From Gracilinanus agilis (lineage: Eukaryota), in contig NC_058132.1 of assembly GCF_016433145.1 (NCBI RefSeq), positions 178,732,363 through 178,796,362 on the forward strand: a DNA stretch of 64,000 bases, given 5' to 3'. Below the pieces are notes generated by a model that saw nothing but the letters and a program-made list of their open reading frames with translations, was not told the DNA's origin and ran no database searches. The position numbers and the translations under genes are program-made. Below are positions 25,850-37,729 of this stretch, in pieces (within the stretch, counting starts at the first letter, position 1; the number at the start of each line of letters is the position of its first letter).

Positions 25850-26440
25850 TGTCAGTTTAACTGCCCACCACACTAGCCAAGAAAACCAGGTTTGGAGAGG
25901 TAACTCAATGTGGGCTCTTGTTGGAGTAGAGGAAACACAGGAAGCATATGGAAAACAGTTTAATGATAAGTTTAAGGGGTAGGTAATAAGGGAAAAGGTC
26001 ACACTACATCTAATTAGATATGGATGCTCTCAAGGGGTTGATAGGTGGGACATTCCACTCCAACACTAACACAGGCTGTCAGAATAAGCTTGGCTGGTCC
26101 GAAGGGGTAAAGGATTTCTCACTGATGAGTCCTCTTCAGCTCCACCAATCTCAGCTCCTCAGGACCTCAGGTATCACAGCAATTTAAATCCAAAGGATAA
26201 TAAAGTCAGGGAGATTAACTAGTTTGCATGTCCACCACATAGAACTAAATTCAATGCCCAACCTGAGCTTCCTCACTGGACAGATGATTTCTTGCTGGAG
26301 ACAATCCACTTTTCCTAGGTCTTCACTCAGACAGCTAAGCCAAGCAACCTAACTGCCATTCATTACCAGAGTCATATATAGCAAAAGCACCCTTCTCTTA
26401 CCACTATTCCATACTTGGAACTTTTAGGTCTTCCCTGACA
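25850..26440 (-). mobile_element. Probable solo LTR (~590 bp)
   Basis: Termini tgtcag…ctgaca; GC-richer than the flanks; minus-strand attaaa (~25962) and TATA-like tttaaat (~26185); no TSD seen. Confidence 0.55.
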
Positions 26441-27379
26441 GCTCTGGCTTTACTTTAAAATCATAATTTCCTAATAACACTGCACAAGAATTGTCTATGA
26501 TTTCTTTGGGATTTCAAGAATATGAATTATATGAATGTGAATGATGTTATCTAGCTAGTTTAGATATTTTGAATAAGATTTTCACCCATCATGAAAATTA
26601 CTCAATTTTTGATGGTCAATAGTTATCATTAAGATGAAAATAATAGCGATATTATTCACAGAATATGTCAGCTTGTAAGAGCTTTAAATGCTTGATAAAA
26701 GCAACCAATTTCAAATGAAATCAATTTGAACTTAACTGAAATTTTCTCTAACTCATCATGTTCAGTTAATCAGAACACCACAAGCATATAATTCATAAAA
26801 TAATGTCGTGTCAGCATCTGTAAAACTATAAAGACTTCACCATGAGAGAATTACATTGCTACAAAAACTACACTGAATTAGCCCCAACTCTAGAAATTTC
26901 CAGATCTCCATAGGACGACTCTTACAAAATTATTGTATGTTCTTTTTATAGTTTCAAGACTTTGCGACAGAATTTAAGTGACTTACCAAAATTAGCAAAC
27001 CAAAGACCAAAACTCAGGTCTCCTGTTTCCCAATTTGGGAATCTTTTGCTCTTGCTAAAAATTAAAACTACAAATATGAGAAATTAAAAAAAATTATAGA
27101 AATTTTTAGATGTTATAGTTGTTGCTGCCTTGACAACACTTTCTAATTATACAAAATCCACCAAAAAGCAGTAGGAATGGAAGCAATAACATCCTCTTGA
27201 CATAACACAAATGGCCAGTATGATTATATGAACTTTTTTTTGCATCTCCCCCCCACAAATACCACTATTGACAAACTAAAAATTCTTGCAATCTTTGAAA
27301 TTATTTAAAAAAGTCATCCAAATTCCTTAATTTAGGCATCTGGCTAGTATACTAGAGAGGTCTAAGTTTAAATCCCTCC

Positions 27380-29735
27380 CTTCTAATTGTCCTTTTCTTT
27401 CTCTTCTTTCAGGTTTTCCCTGTTCACAAATGTTTTTGCTTCTATTCACCTGCCTCTTTGAGTTCCCCATCCCTTTTGCCTGTCCTCCCTCCTTTTTTTG
27501 TCTTCCTTCCTTTCTTACTTCTTCAGTAAGATAGATTCCTATATCTGAGTATGGACATTATTAACTTTTCTGCCAATTCAAGAGTAGGATTCAAGCATTG
27601 CCTACCAGTCCACCATTTTCTCTTCCACTGTATTGATTCTTACATGCCTCTTCATGTGAGAGAATCTACTCCCAACTTTTTGCCTCTTTTTTCTTTTCCC
27701 AGAGTATTACTTTTTCTCATCCCATGATTTTTTTTGGATATCAATCCCATCATATTCAACTTATTCCCTCTTCTTTATCTATGTATGTTCCTATTCATTC
27801 CCTTAATAGTGATAAAGTTCTTAAATCTTTAGTACCTTAAGTATCATTAAGTACTTTAGGTATCTTTGGTACTTCATGTCTTAGGTTACTTAATTATCAC
27901 CTTCTTACTAGTAATGTAATCAGTTTCCCTTTGTTTCCCTTTATGTAAGTATATTAAGTACTTTAGTTATTATATCTTGTACTATAGAAATCTTAAGTAT
28001 CCTAGTTATCATTTCCCTGTGTTGGGATATGATTGATTTAACCCCATTGATTTCCTTGAGTTTTTTCTATTTAATTTTTTCTTGGAGTGTCAAATTTGAT
28101 GATCAAATTTTGTTTTAATCTCCAAGTTTCATCAGTAATGCCTTGAAGTCAGGAAAGCCTACAATATATTTAATTACATATCAATTTCTTTTTCTAGATA
28201 TTTTATGTCCAATTATACCTTATAGGTGATTCTTGATTATAGGCCTAGATACTTTGCTTTGTGGAATATCATAATCCATGACTTCCAGTATTTTTTAATA
28301 TAGAAATTGCTAGCTCCTGTGCAATCCAGACTGTGGTTTCATGATGTCTGAGTTGTTTTGTTTTGTTTTCTGGTTACTTATAGTATTTTCTCCTTAACTT
28401 AGAAGTTCTGGAATTTGGTTATAATAGTCCTGGAATTTTTAAATTTGGGATTTTGTTCAGGATGTGATCAGTGGATTCTTTGAATTCCTACTTTCTCCTC
28501 TGGTTTAACATTATCAAGGCAATTTTCCCTAATAATTTCTTTCAATATAGTGTGTAGGTTCTTTTTTTGACTATGACTTTCAGGCAATCCAACAATTCTT
28601 AGATTATTTCTCCTGCATCTATTTCCCAAGTTAGTTTTTTTTTTCAGTGAAAGCTTTTAATTTTTTTCTCTCATTTTTCATTCATTTGAATTTTTTTATT
28701 GTTTCCTGTTGACTTGTAATTTATTTGCTTCCATTTGTCCAATTCTAATTTTTAGAGAGCTATTTTCTTCTTTGAGATTTTGTGCTTCCTTTTGTAGGGA
28801 GTTATTTTCCTGTTTCAGGTATCATATTTTGTTTGTTTGGTTTTTTTTAGGAGACCGTTCTCCAGTGATTTTTTGTTCTTAGTTATTGACTTTTACCATC
28901 ATTCTCTTTTCTAGTTTTTGTATTAAACTTCTTATTCATTTTTCTGTTCTTTTTTAGAACTCTTCCAGGGATTTGTTTTGGTCTTGACATCCTTTCACAT
29001 TTTATTTCATTTTTGTATTGTGATACTTGTCTGGGCTTTTACACTGATCATTTCTCTTGTTGAAATATCTAGTGCTACTCTTTTTCTCTGTCTTTTGCTC
29101 TTTTGAGGGTTAATTTTTCCCCTTGATTTTGTTTGTATCCTGAAGGTTAGCTCCATTCCTGTAGTGGAGAGAGATTCTCCCTTGTTTGCTCTGTGCCTGG
29201 GATTGGCTCAGCTATCTCTCTCGCCAACTGAGGACTCTAAAGAGGTGGCATGGCTGGTCTGCTCTCTAGAAATTTGCAACTGTTCAGTTGAACTGGTTCA
29301 AGTTGGGTTCTGCCCAGTCCTGATGAGGCTGGACCTTGTTAAGTTGAGTTCCTCCTACTATTGCCTTTGTCAGGTCACAACCAGCATCAATTCCATCTGG
29401 ACTACTTGGCGCCACTTTCCTTCTGCTGCTTGTTTGGTATTACTTGATTTCTACTCTTACCCTGCTGAGCCTGGACTGAGCTGGCCATGCTCTTTTTCCT
29501 GCTACTTGTGCTCTATCATGTCTGAGTCTTGCTGAGACTTGTTCAGCAAAGCAAATCTCCTTGAATCTCAGTGGAATGAATTATCCTTACTGTCTCTGTT
29601 CTGACCAAAGCATTGCTTCTCCCCTTCTATTTGTTTTGCCATTCCAGGATTCATTTTGAGGCATTTCTGTTCTGTTCATTTGAAGGATTGTTGGCAGGCT
29701 TCAAGTGTTTCTGACTTTGCCGTATGGCCTGATCT
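27380..29735 (-). mobile_element. L1 5' portion: 5' UTR, decayed ORF1, inter-ORF region; no ORF2 or 3' end
   Basis: ORF1 motifs in reverse (cttagaagttctggaatttggttataat, gattcttagattatttctcctg) are homologous to 10780-10920; 5' UTR-like sequence at 29150-29735. Confidence 0.85.
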
Positions 29736-29879
29736 GCTACTGAAGTGATGGTACTACACTACTACACATCCATTGCTGCCCATACTGCTGTTCCTCTTCT
29801 CTAAGGCATTCTAAAACAGAGTGGGTCTGGTGTTTCCTCTACTTGGGTAAAAATCCATCTCCTCTGTGATGGTGTACCC

Positions 29880-30000
29880 AGACACTTCTAGATATGTGAT
29901 GCTGGACAAATCACTTAAACTCTATCAGCCTCAAATCCATTACCAAAAAAATAAGGGAGTAGGACTAGGTCTCTAAAGTCTCCGAAGCTCTAAATCTATA
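29880..30000 (+). mobile_element. MIR3-type SINE
   Basis: gatatgtgatgctggacaaatcacttaaactc…ggactaggtctctaaagtctccgaagctctaaatctat. Confidence 0.7.
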
Positions 30001-31079
30001 ATGCATCCTATTTGCTTCTGGGTATCCAAACAAAGTTAGGAAATAAGGAAAGTGTTAAAGTCAGGAGGTTGGGAGTAGTGATGGTGGTGATTAACTAGTT
30101 TGTTTTTTTCATAAAAGAGCACAAGATACAATACCCAAATTTTTATTTTGAATTTCTACAATTTCACAGTTTTTACCAGAACTCTCTCATGAATCCTAAA
30201 TCTACTTTAATAAGATACTTTTATTATGATTCAATAGATATGAGATAAGAGTAAAGGAGGAAAAGGAGTGTTGAAAAAGAACTCTTTTCTTAGATGCACA
30301 ATATAGGTTTTCATTCTAGTTGTGCCACTAATAAGGAATGTGACCTTTGACCAGGCCTTTATGCTATCTATAAAATGATGAAATTTGACTAAATAATTTC
30401 AAGTTCTTTTCAAAGATTATGAAAAGGCATGTTCCATTTCCATTGCTATCACAAATAATAGAACTGAATTCAAAAAGATCTGAATAGATATTTTAAAATT
30501 CAAAATGGATCTAAATTCTAAAAAAAATTCTGATTTATATTTACATTGTTGAATTTCAGTTCATACGCAATATACTCCATTTATTTACTGACAGGGAAAC
30601 ATGAGTAAGTTCTCATCAGATTCTTTTATATATAAATAACAGAAATTAATGCATGTTATTCTCTGTTTTCCAGGATTTAATAGATGTTTGCAGATTTTCT
30701 TTGTCTCTCTTATCTCTTCTTCCTTTCTCTGGCCATCTGTCATTCACAATTTCTCTTCTAAAGAAAAAAATGACATTTTTTTCTTCTTGATTGCAAAGTT
30801 AACTCCACATTTTTAGAGAAAAGGAGGCTGAAAACATGTTTTCTATTTTTATTTTTCAGTAATGCAAAATATCTCAATCCCCAATTAAAACACATACACA
30901 CAAATTAAAATCTTAAAAGTTGGAAGAACCCATGGAGGCAAACTAAAATCAAATTCATCTCTAATATGAGTCTTCTCTATAGTATCCATGGCAAGGTGAT
31001 AATTTATCCCATGCATGGATATTTCCATCAACAGGTAATTCACTTCCCACAATACAATTCATTCCTTTTTAGCTATACT

Positions 31080-31750
31080 TTTCAGAAAGTTCTCTCTCAT
31101 ACTGAGCTCCAGTATCTTTATATTCACTCTAGTTTTGATCTCTGGGGACATATTGAACAAGTCTAATCTCTCTTCCATGTGACAAACTGTAAATATTTTA
31201 AGATTATTTTTTCTATCCAAATCATCTTCTATTGAAGCTAAGCATCTTTAGTTCTTTTGGTGGTGCAATGTCGTTACATGGTTTCTATAATCTTCCTCAG
31301 TCTTGTTTTTCTTCTCCAGATGCATGTCAATTATCAATATTTCTCTTAAAATATAATGATTTACTAGAATAGAATTTTTGGAATATATATTTTTTGCCAT
31401 AAGAGAATACGCTGTGACCATAATTTCCTTTGTTCAAGATGTTGTATCTCTATTAATGCAGTCAAATACAGCATTAGCTTTGTTGGCTGTCAAATTACAC
31501 AACTGACATATGTTGAGATTGAATCTCATATAAATTTTGAGGTACCTCGAACATAGTACTATCATAATGGATTTTTTTTTACCCAAAAGCATTATTAAAT
31601 TAGCCTCCAGTAAGCTTTTTTTTTTACTTAGTTCAGAATATTAGTATAGCCTGTCAATCAAAAAAATAAAGTTTAGTTCTATTAGTTAATATCAGCTATG
31701 CCTTTCAGCTCTGTATTATCTACAAATATAATGAGAATAACTTAGAGCAC
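31080..31750 (-). mobile_element. L3/CR1 fragment
   Basis: tgaagctaagcatctttagttc…cttctccagatgcatgtcaattatcaatatttctcttaaaat…cattagctttgttggctg. Confidence 0.65.
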
Positions 31751-32025
31751 TGATTAACCCCAAATGTATCTTGCTTCTCCAGGTAAATATTAAACATCTC
31801 ACCCTTTTTTTTTAATCTCCTCACTGCCTTGAACCTATCATGAACTCATGAAATTCTGTATGCTGATGAAGATCTTCTAGGCAACTTAGAGCATGTAGGT
31901 AAACTCAGGGCAGGTAAAACATTTCTAATTTTCTTATGTGGATGGATAGCTACCAGGGGCTTTTGCTGTTAGTTAGTCTCATAGTTAATGAGAGAGGGCA
32001 TCTGTCTAAATACAAAATTTTATAG

Positions 32026-32216
32026 CAGTAGTTCCCAAACATTTTTGACCTACTGCCCTTTCCAGAAAAAAATATTACCTAGTGCCCCATGTCACATGCT
32101 ATCGCCACCCCCTTACAGTTATTCATCACCCCCAAGTGCACCTGTGGCCATCACCGCCTTCCTGGATCACTTTAGCACTCACCAGGGGGCAGTGGCGCCC
32201 ACTTTGGGAATCTCTG
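32026..32216. mobile_element. hAT MITE (OposCharlie-like), variant A
   Basis: TIRs cagtagttcccaaac / ctttgggaatctctg; 8-bp TSD ttttatag / ctctatag. Confidence 0.92.
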
Positions 32217-32769
32217 CTCTATAGGTTCAAAGAAAAATCCAGCATTGCCAGGAATGTCCCTTTCCATAGAAAATTGAGAGAAACAGATTCTGATAAGAAA
32301 TTCAACTAAAAACAAGCCAGACTTCATTAGGAAGGGTAAGGAAATCCCAGATCTAAATATGAATATCCTCTACCACTCTAAAGTAATCACTCAGCCTCTG
32401 TTTGAAGACGTTTAGTGCAGGAAAACCACTAATCCCCAAGGCAGCCTGTATTGTGTCGGCATGGCTCTAAATGCTTAAAAATTTTTCATGCTTCCAACCT
32501 AAATATGATTCTCTATAATTTCTGTTCAATGCCCCTACTTATGCTCTCTGAGATGTGACTAATGTCATATAATAATGACTACTAAAGTGATGAGACTGTC
32601 ATCACACTACAAATCAATGTCCTTATTGTCACATGTTGTGCTTTTAAGCAACAAAAATGATTTTTAGCATAGGTATTTACCCTTTGCCTATCATTTGAGG
32701 ACCAGCTTCAATAAGTCTAAAAGTACTTATCCCTGGAGCATAGGTCACCACATTTTTTTTCCTGCCAGT

Positions 32770-33060
32770 CAGTTGATAAGCATTTATTAAATGCTCTCTA
32801 TGTGCTAAGCACTGTTTTGCATTGGGGATACACAAAAAGTCAAAAAGTCAGTACACATTAAGCCATTTTTTAGGATTCAGACAAATTGCCATCTGCTTTG
32901 AAGGAAAATAGACCAATACAGATGGAATCAAGGTTCCTGCAAGTATTAACCTATTAGTTAATCAATCAAGTATTTGTAAAATGTCAGTTGTGGTCCAGGT
33001 ACCATTCTTTGTCTTGGAGATATAAAAGCAAAGAATGAAAAAATCCCAACACTCTAGGAG
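32770..33060 (-). mobile_element. Two L2 3' termini
   Basis: taagcatttattaaatgctctctatgtgctaagcactg and aatcaatcaagtatttgtaaaatg…cttggagatataaag. Confidence 0.65.
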
Positions 33061-33419
33061 ATTGTATTTTGTCATTCTGATATCACTAAAGAAGTGATGA
33101 TTTGTATATTAAAGAACTGGGTATATATACATACATATACATATATACCACACATACATACACACAGCACATACATGTTCATATACATATAAAAATTGGC
33201 TATATATCTTTCATTTTGTGTAAGTACTTTTGTGTCCTTGACAATGAATTGCTTTTAAAAAATAAAACCTCTTTACTCTTTTGTAACTAACATGATAAAT
33301 CAAGTTAATGATATTTCCAGTAACTGTGTCTATATTGTAAAAACACAAAAAATATTATGCTAATTTCTCTATTTGAGTTAGAGTTAGCATGATGGATGGA
33401 AAGCCAGCACAATATTAAT

Positions 33420-33600
33420 CAATCATCAAACATTTATTAATTGTTATATTATTAATATTATATTATTAATTATGTCATTAATATTTCAGGCATTGTGTTA
33501 AACAATGGAAATACCAAAAAAATGTAGCAAAAGGGTTCCTGCCCCCAAAGAGCTTACAATCTAATGGGGAAGACAATATGAAAACAAATATCTATATATC
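33420..33600 (-). mobile_element. L2 3' terminus with an AT-rich insertion
   Basis: aatcatcaaacatttattaa…caggcattgtgttaaac…cctgcccccaaagagcttacaatctaatgggg. Confidence 0.75.
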
Positions 33601-35307
33601 AATTAATAAATTAATCAATTAACAAAGGGTAATTTAAAAAGAAATGATGGAAAAGCACTGGATTTAGAGGGTGACTTGGGCTCAAATCCTATTTACTGCA
33701 AATAATACTCTGGTTCACACACCTGACATCTCTAGGCCTAAGTTGAATGAATAGATTAAAGTATCTTCCAACTTTAAATTTATGATCTTATCACTTTATT
33801 CCTACCATTTTTAAAATTTAGAGAAGTTAAGGTAACTCCTCAAACAAACTGAATCCTGGTTTGACCTTGATTGCTTCTTGGTACTTCATCTTTCCATGGT
33901 GTGTAAGATATTATATCCAAGACTTCTTCGAATCTTAAGACTTCGGACCTATTAGGAAACATGAATCATTTGTGTGTGTGTGTGTGTTACTTCAAGAGAA
34001 GCATTTCAGATTCGCCTTATTCCAGAATTATTTGAAAAGAGTAGATCTAATAGAAAATGGGTCTTTCTGTAGTGAACAGTTTTAACCTTGCTTCTTCCTT
34101 CTAATAATGAATGAACAACCATCTTTGTGTTCACTCAAACAACTCACTCCTGAAAAAGACTGTTTTTGTGCAATCAGTCATCCTGATTAAGACTATCCAG
34201 AGACTTGCTGTGCAGACCACTTATCCAAAATTATTTTCAAGGAGAGGAAAAGTGCTCTCTCCAGAAAGAATTCGTTTTTATTTTTAGGCCTCACGTTGCA
34301 TTTCTTTATGAACAAATGGGTTATTCCCAACTAAGCATCCATTTGTCTTTGAGTAGTGGAGAATATACTTCTAAGTGAAAGAAAAGTTTGGGAGACAATC
34401 GAAAGAGGAAGTTGTTAGAGTACTGTTTATGAGCACAATAGGTGCTACTTGGTCCTGATAGTCTTCCCTAGGTCACTGTTGTCTCAGGCCACATCTAAGG
34501 CCTGGCTTCTCCCTTTTTTGCATTTTCATATAATTTCTAGACCAAACCTTGAACCTGAGCTTTCTGGAAATGTATCATACACTGCTCTCAGTGCTTGGGA
34601 ATTCATCAAGATTATAAAATAGTACAATAAAGTGATTTTAAAATGTCCTGATAAATATGAAATATTCATATTATACATTCATTTTGAGGCAGGATGTGTT
34701 ATATAGTGGGGACATTTAAGAAATTTCTTATTAAAAGTATATTCATGTATGTTTCCAATAAATATAAGGAACTTTTAAGCAAGAATACCTTTAGAGAGAG
34801 ATTATCCTTCTGCCACAAAACACCAACCTCTCCAAAAAGATAGGGACTAGACTTGTATTTTCACTGACTTAGGAAACTCACAATGAAGAACCCCCCTCTA
34901 GCAATGAAATTTTGTGCCTTTTCTGCTCTTTAGTGGCTTAGAGATGAAAAGGTAAGATGATGGATTGGCACATAGTAGTGATGGGAATCCAGATAAAAGG
35001 CTCTATCAAAGACCCTATATTTCCGATTGGCTCCCAACATAGTAGCCCTTAAGTGTTTGTTGACTGACTCCTAACTCTTCTGGGGCACCCCTATAACTTA
35101 AGGGAGAAACAGGGCCTTGATTTAGGACTAATTATTTTATCTGTGAGAATGGGAATTGGAATAAGGACTTTCAGAATTTATAAGAACTACATATAGTTAT
35201 CTGAAGCACTAAAAAATCAAATGATTTGTCTAGGTCCATACAAGTAATATGTTTTGAGAAGTGGGACATTAATACAGGCTTCTGGTTTAAAGTCTGACTC
35301 TCTACAC

Positions 35308-35500
35308 CAGTGGTTCCCAGACTTTTTTGGCCTACCACCCCCTTTCCAGAAAAAATATTACTTAGCCCCCTGGAAATTAATTTTTAAAAAAATGTAATAG
35401 CAATTAATAGGAAAGATAAATGCACCTGTGGCCATCACCGCCACCCTGGATCGCTGTAGCACCCACTAGGGGGTGGTGGCACCCACTTTGGAAATCACTG
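35308..35500. mobile_element. hAT MITE (OposCharlie-like), variant B
   Basis: TIRs cagtggttcccagac / ctttggaaatcactg; degenerate 8-bp TSD ctctacac / ctatactt; ends homologous to 32026-32216. Confidence 0.92.
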
Positions 35501-35819
35501 CTATACTTCCTCTCACATCTTCACCTAAGATTTATTTTTTTCTGTATAAAAAGGCTTACCCTCAATCAGGAGAATCCCCTTAGAAGGAAAGAGAAAACTG
35601 CTCATTGGAGCCACTATAAATATTTGAGATTTACACTAAAGCAGGTACAAACTTCAACACAACAGCTTTTTCATTCTTCCCTTCCTACATAGACATTTCA
35701 GTATCTACACTGAAATCTTACTCTGTAGCTTCTCCAATCCTGTAGTTTGTATGAACTCCAATTCTACTCTATCTTTATGATTCATTAGGATTAGAATCTC
35801 ACTTTCAATTGAAACTAAT

Positions 35820-36000
35820 AATTGGCATTTACACAGGATTTTTACACCTATCATTTCTTTTGATTATCACAATAACATTTTGAATTGGGTACTATCTCAA
35901 TCTTCATTTTATAGTTGAGAAAACTAGTAAGTGTTTGAGACAAGATTCTAATTTAGTTATTCCTAATTCCAGATATAGTTCTCTGTCAACTATACTACCT
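35820..36000 (-). mobile_element. MIR
   Basis: tttgattatcacaataacattttgaattgggtac…cttcattttatagttgagaaaact. Confidence 0.6.
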
Positions 36001-37291
36001 GAATGATTAAAATCTAGACTTATATTCCCCTTTATGACTATGGATTCTTTGCTTCTTTGATTTTATTTCTACTCATGACCTTTAAAGATGATTCATTGGT
36101 TAGTTATAGAATTGCTATCCACACTGTTTTAAGTAGCTTATGCTTTTATTTACTAGTCAGGCATTGTTGGCTCTTCTCTTTACCTCATGCATTATAACCA
36201 ATTAGTTGTTAAGTCCTAATTATTATATTTTCCCAAATTCCTCAGATCTATTTCCTCCTTTTTTCTTTCCCTACAATTATCCAAAGTCAAGAACTCATCA
36301 TTCCACATCTGAAATACTGATACTGTAAAGCATGTATTCTTGTTACCACTTGTCTCTCAAACTTCCCTCTCATTCTCACTGTTACTAAAGCCATCATCCT
36401 AATTTCCCTTTCTGATGAAATTCTTCCACTCAAAAACTTTTAAAACTCTTTTTACCTCATTTAAGAATGGAAGAGAAATCTACATTGATAACCCTCCATT
36501 CTACTTTAACATAATTGCCTTTGCTACATCAGAATACTTCTGTCAGAAGTCAGAATGATTTCAATCCTTCTGATCTATGCATTAAGAAGGTCTATACCAA
36601 AAGAATGAGTTACTGTAGCTCCAGAAAAGAGAGAAGATGGAGTTAGAAACATCAAAAACTGAGTGGGAAAGAAAGCACAAGACAAGGGAAAGGCACAAAA
36701 GACAAAAGGAAAATAAGACTTAATTGTATCAAAGAAAGGTAAGAAAAAGAAGGACCACAACTCTACAGGAATCTTGGAGCAGGAGACTCCAGCTAGTGTC
36801 CACAGGTTACTCACTTTTTCAAGGGCTACTAGAAGTTCCAAGAAAAGTTTTATATAGTTCCCAACTTCACTTCCTACTACTTATTAACAAACACTGCAAT
36901 ATACTTTATTGCTTACTTATTCAAATATTTCCAATAACATGGATTTTGCTTCGACCACATAAAAACCAGAAGTTAGCTAGAAATAAGTACAAGTAAAATT
37001 TGATAGAGATCTTCAAACCTCTGTCTAAACATTAAAACTTTTTCCTAACTGAGGTTTGAATGATAATGATTATGCTCCCAACTTTTCATTTAATATAAAG
37101 TTCTTATAGCATCAGAATAAAAAATCATGTGGACCACAGACTATTATATTACATTTCAGGTCAAAATAAACTAATTTATTAAGAGAGGTTATGCTGACAT
37201 TCAAAGATATCCACAATCACAACCTTAACTCGAAGAAATGGAATGTCAACTAGTTTTTTTTTTAAATAATATTGTATTTTCTTCCTTTGCT

Positions 37292-37520
37292 CATTCACAT
37301 TGTTTGTTGTTCATTTGTTTCAGTTGTGTCTCTTTGTGACCCTATTGGTGGTTTTTGTGGCAAAGATACTAGAGTGGTATACCATTTCCTTCTGTGGCTT
37401 ATTTTACAGATAAGAAAATTGAGACAAGCAGGATTGAGTGACTTGCCCAGGGTCACACAGCTTAGAAAGTATCTGAGACAGAATTTGACCTCAGGTCTTC
37501 CTTAATCTAGCTCCTGTGTA
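37292..37520 (-). mobile_element. MAR1-type CORE-SINE with RTE/Bov-B-like 3' tail
   Basis: gttgttcatttgtttcagttgtgtctctttgtgaccc…ggcaaagatactagagtggtataccatttccttct tail joined to the gtgacttgcccagggtcacacagc core. Confidence 0.85.
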
Positions 37521-37729
37521 GTTGGAATTTTGTAGCCTAGGACTATGTTCCCCAGAATTCCTTTCATCTCTTCCCCACTTTGTATCCTCATGTTTTGTTT
37601 ATAATTTGGCTGTAACTTCGCATTTTAATCTTACACCCCAATACTCTATCCCCTGTGCCACGTATCTGTCCCTTTAAATCTTATTACTTCTTTGTCATAC
37701 CACAATTCTTTGCATGTGTCCTTTTCAAT

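Noticed and set aside
37525-37560. ggactatgttccccagaattcc resembling a ZNF143/SBS motif
   Set aside because: Too degenerate, not near a promoter, and probably part of a repeat
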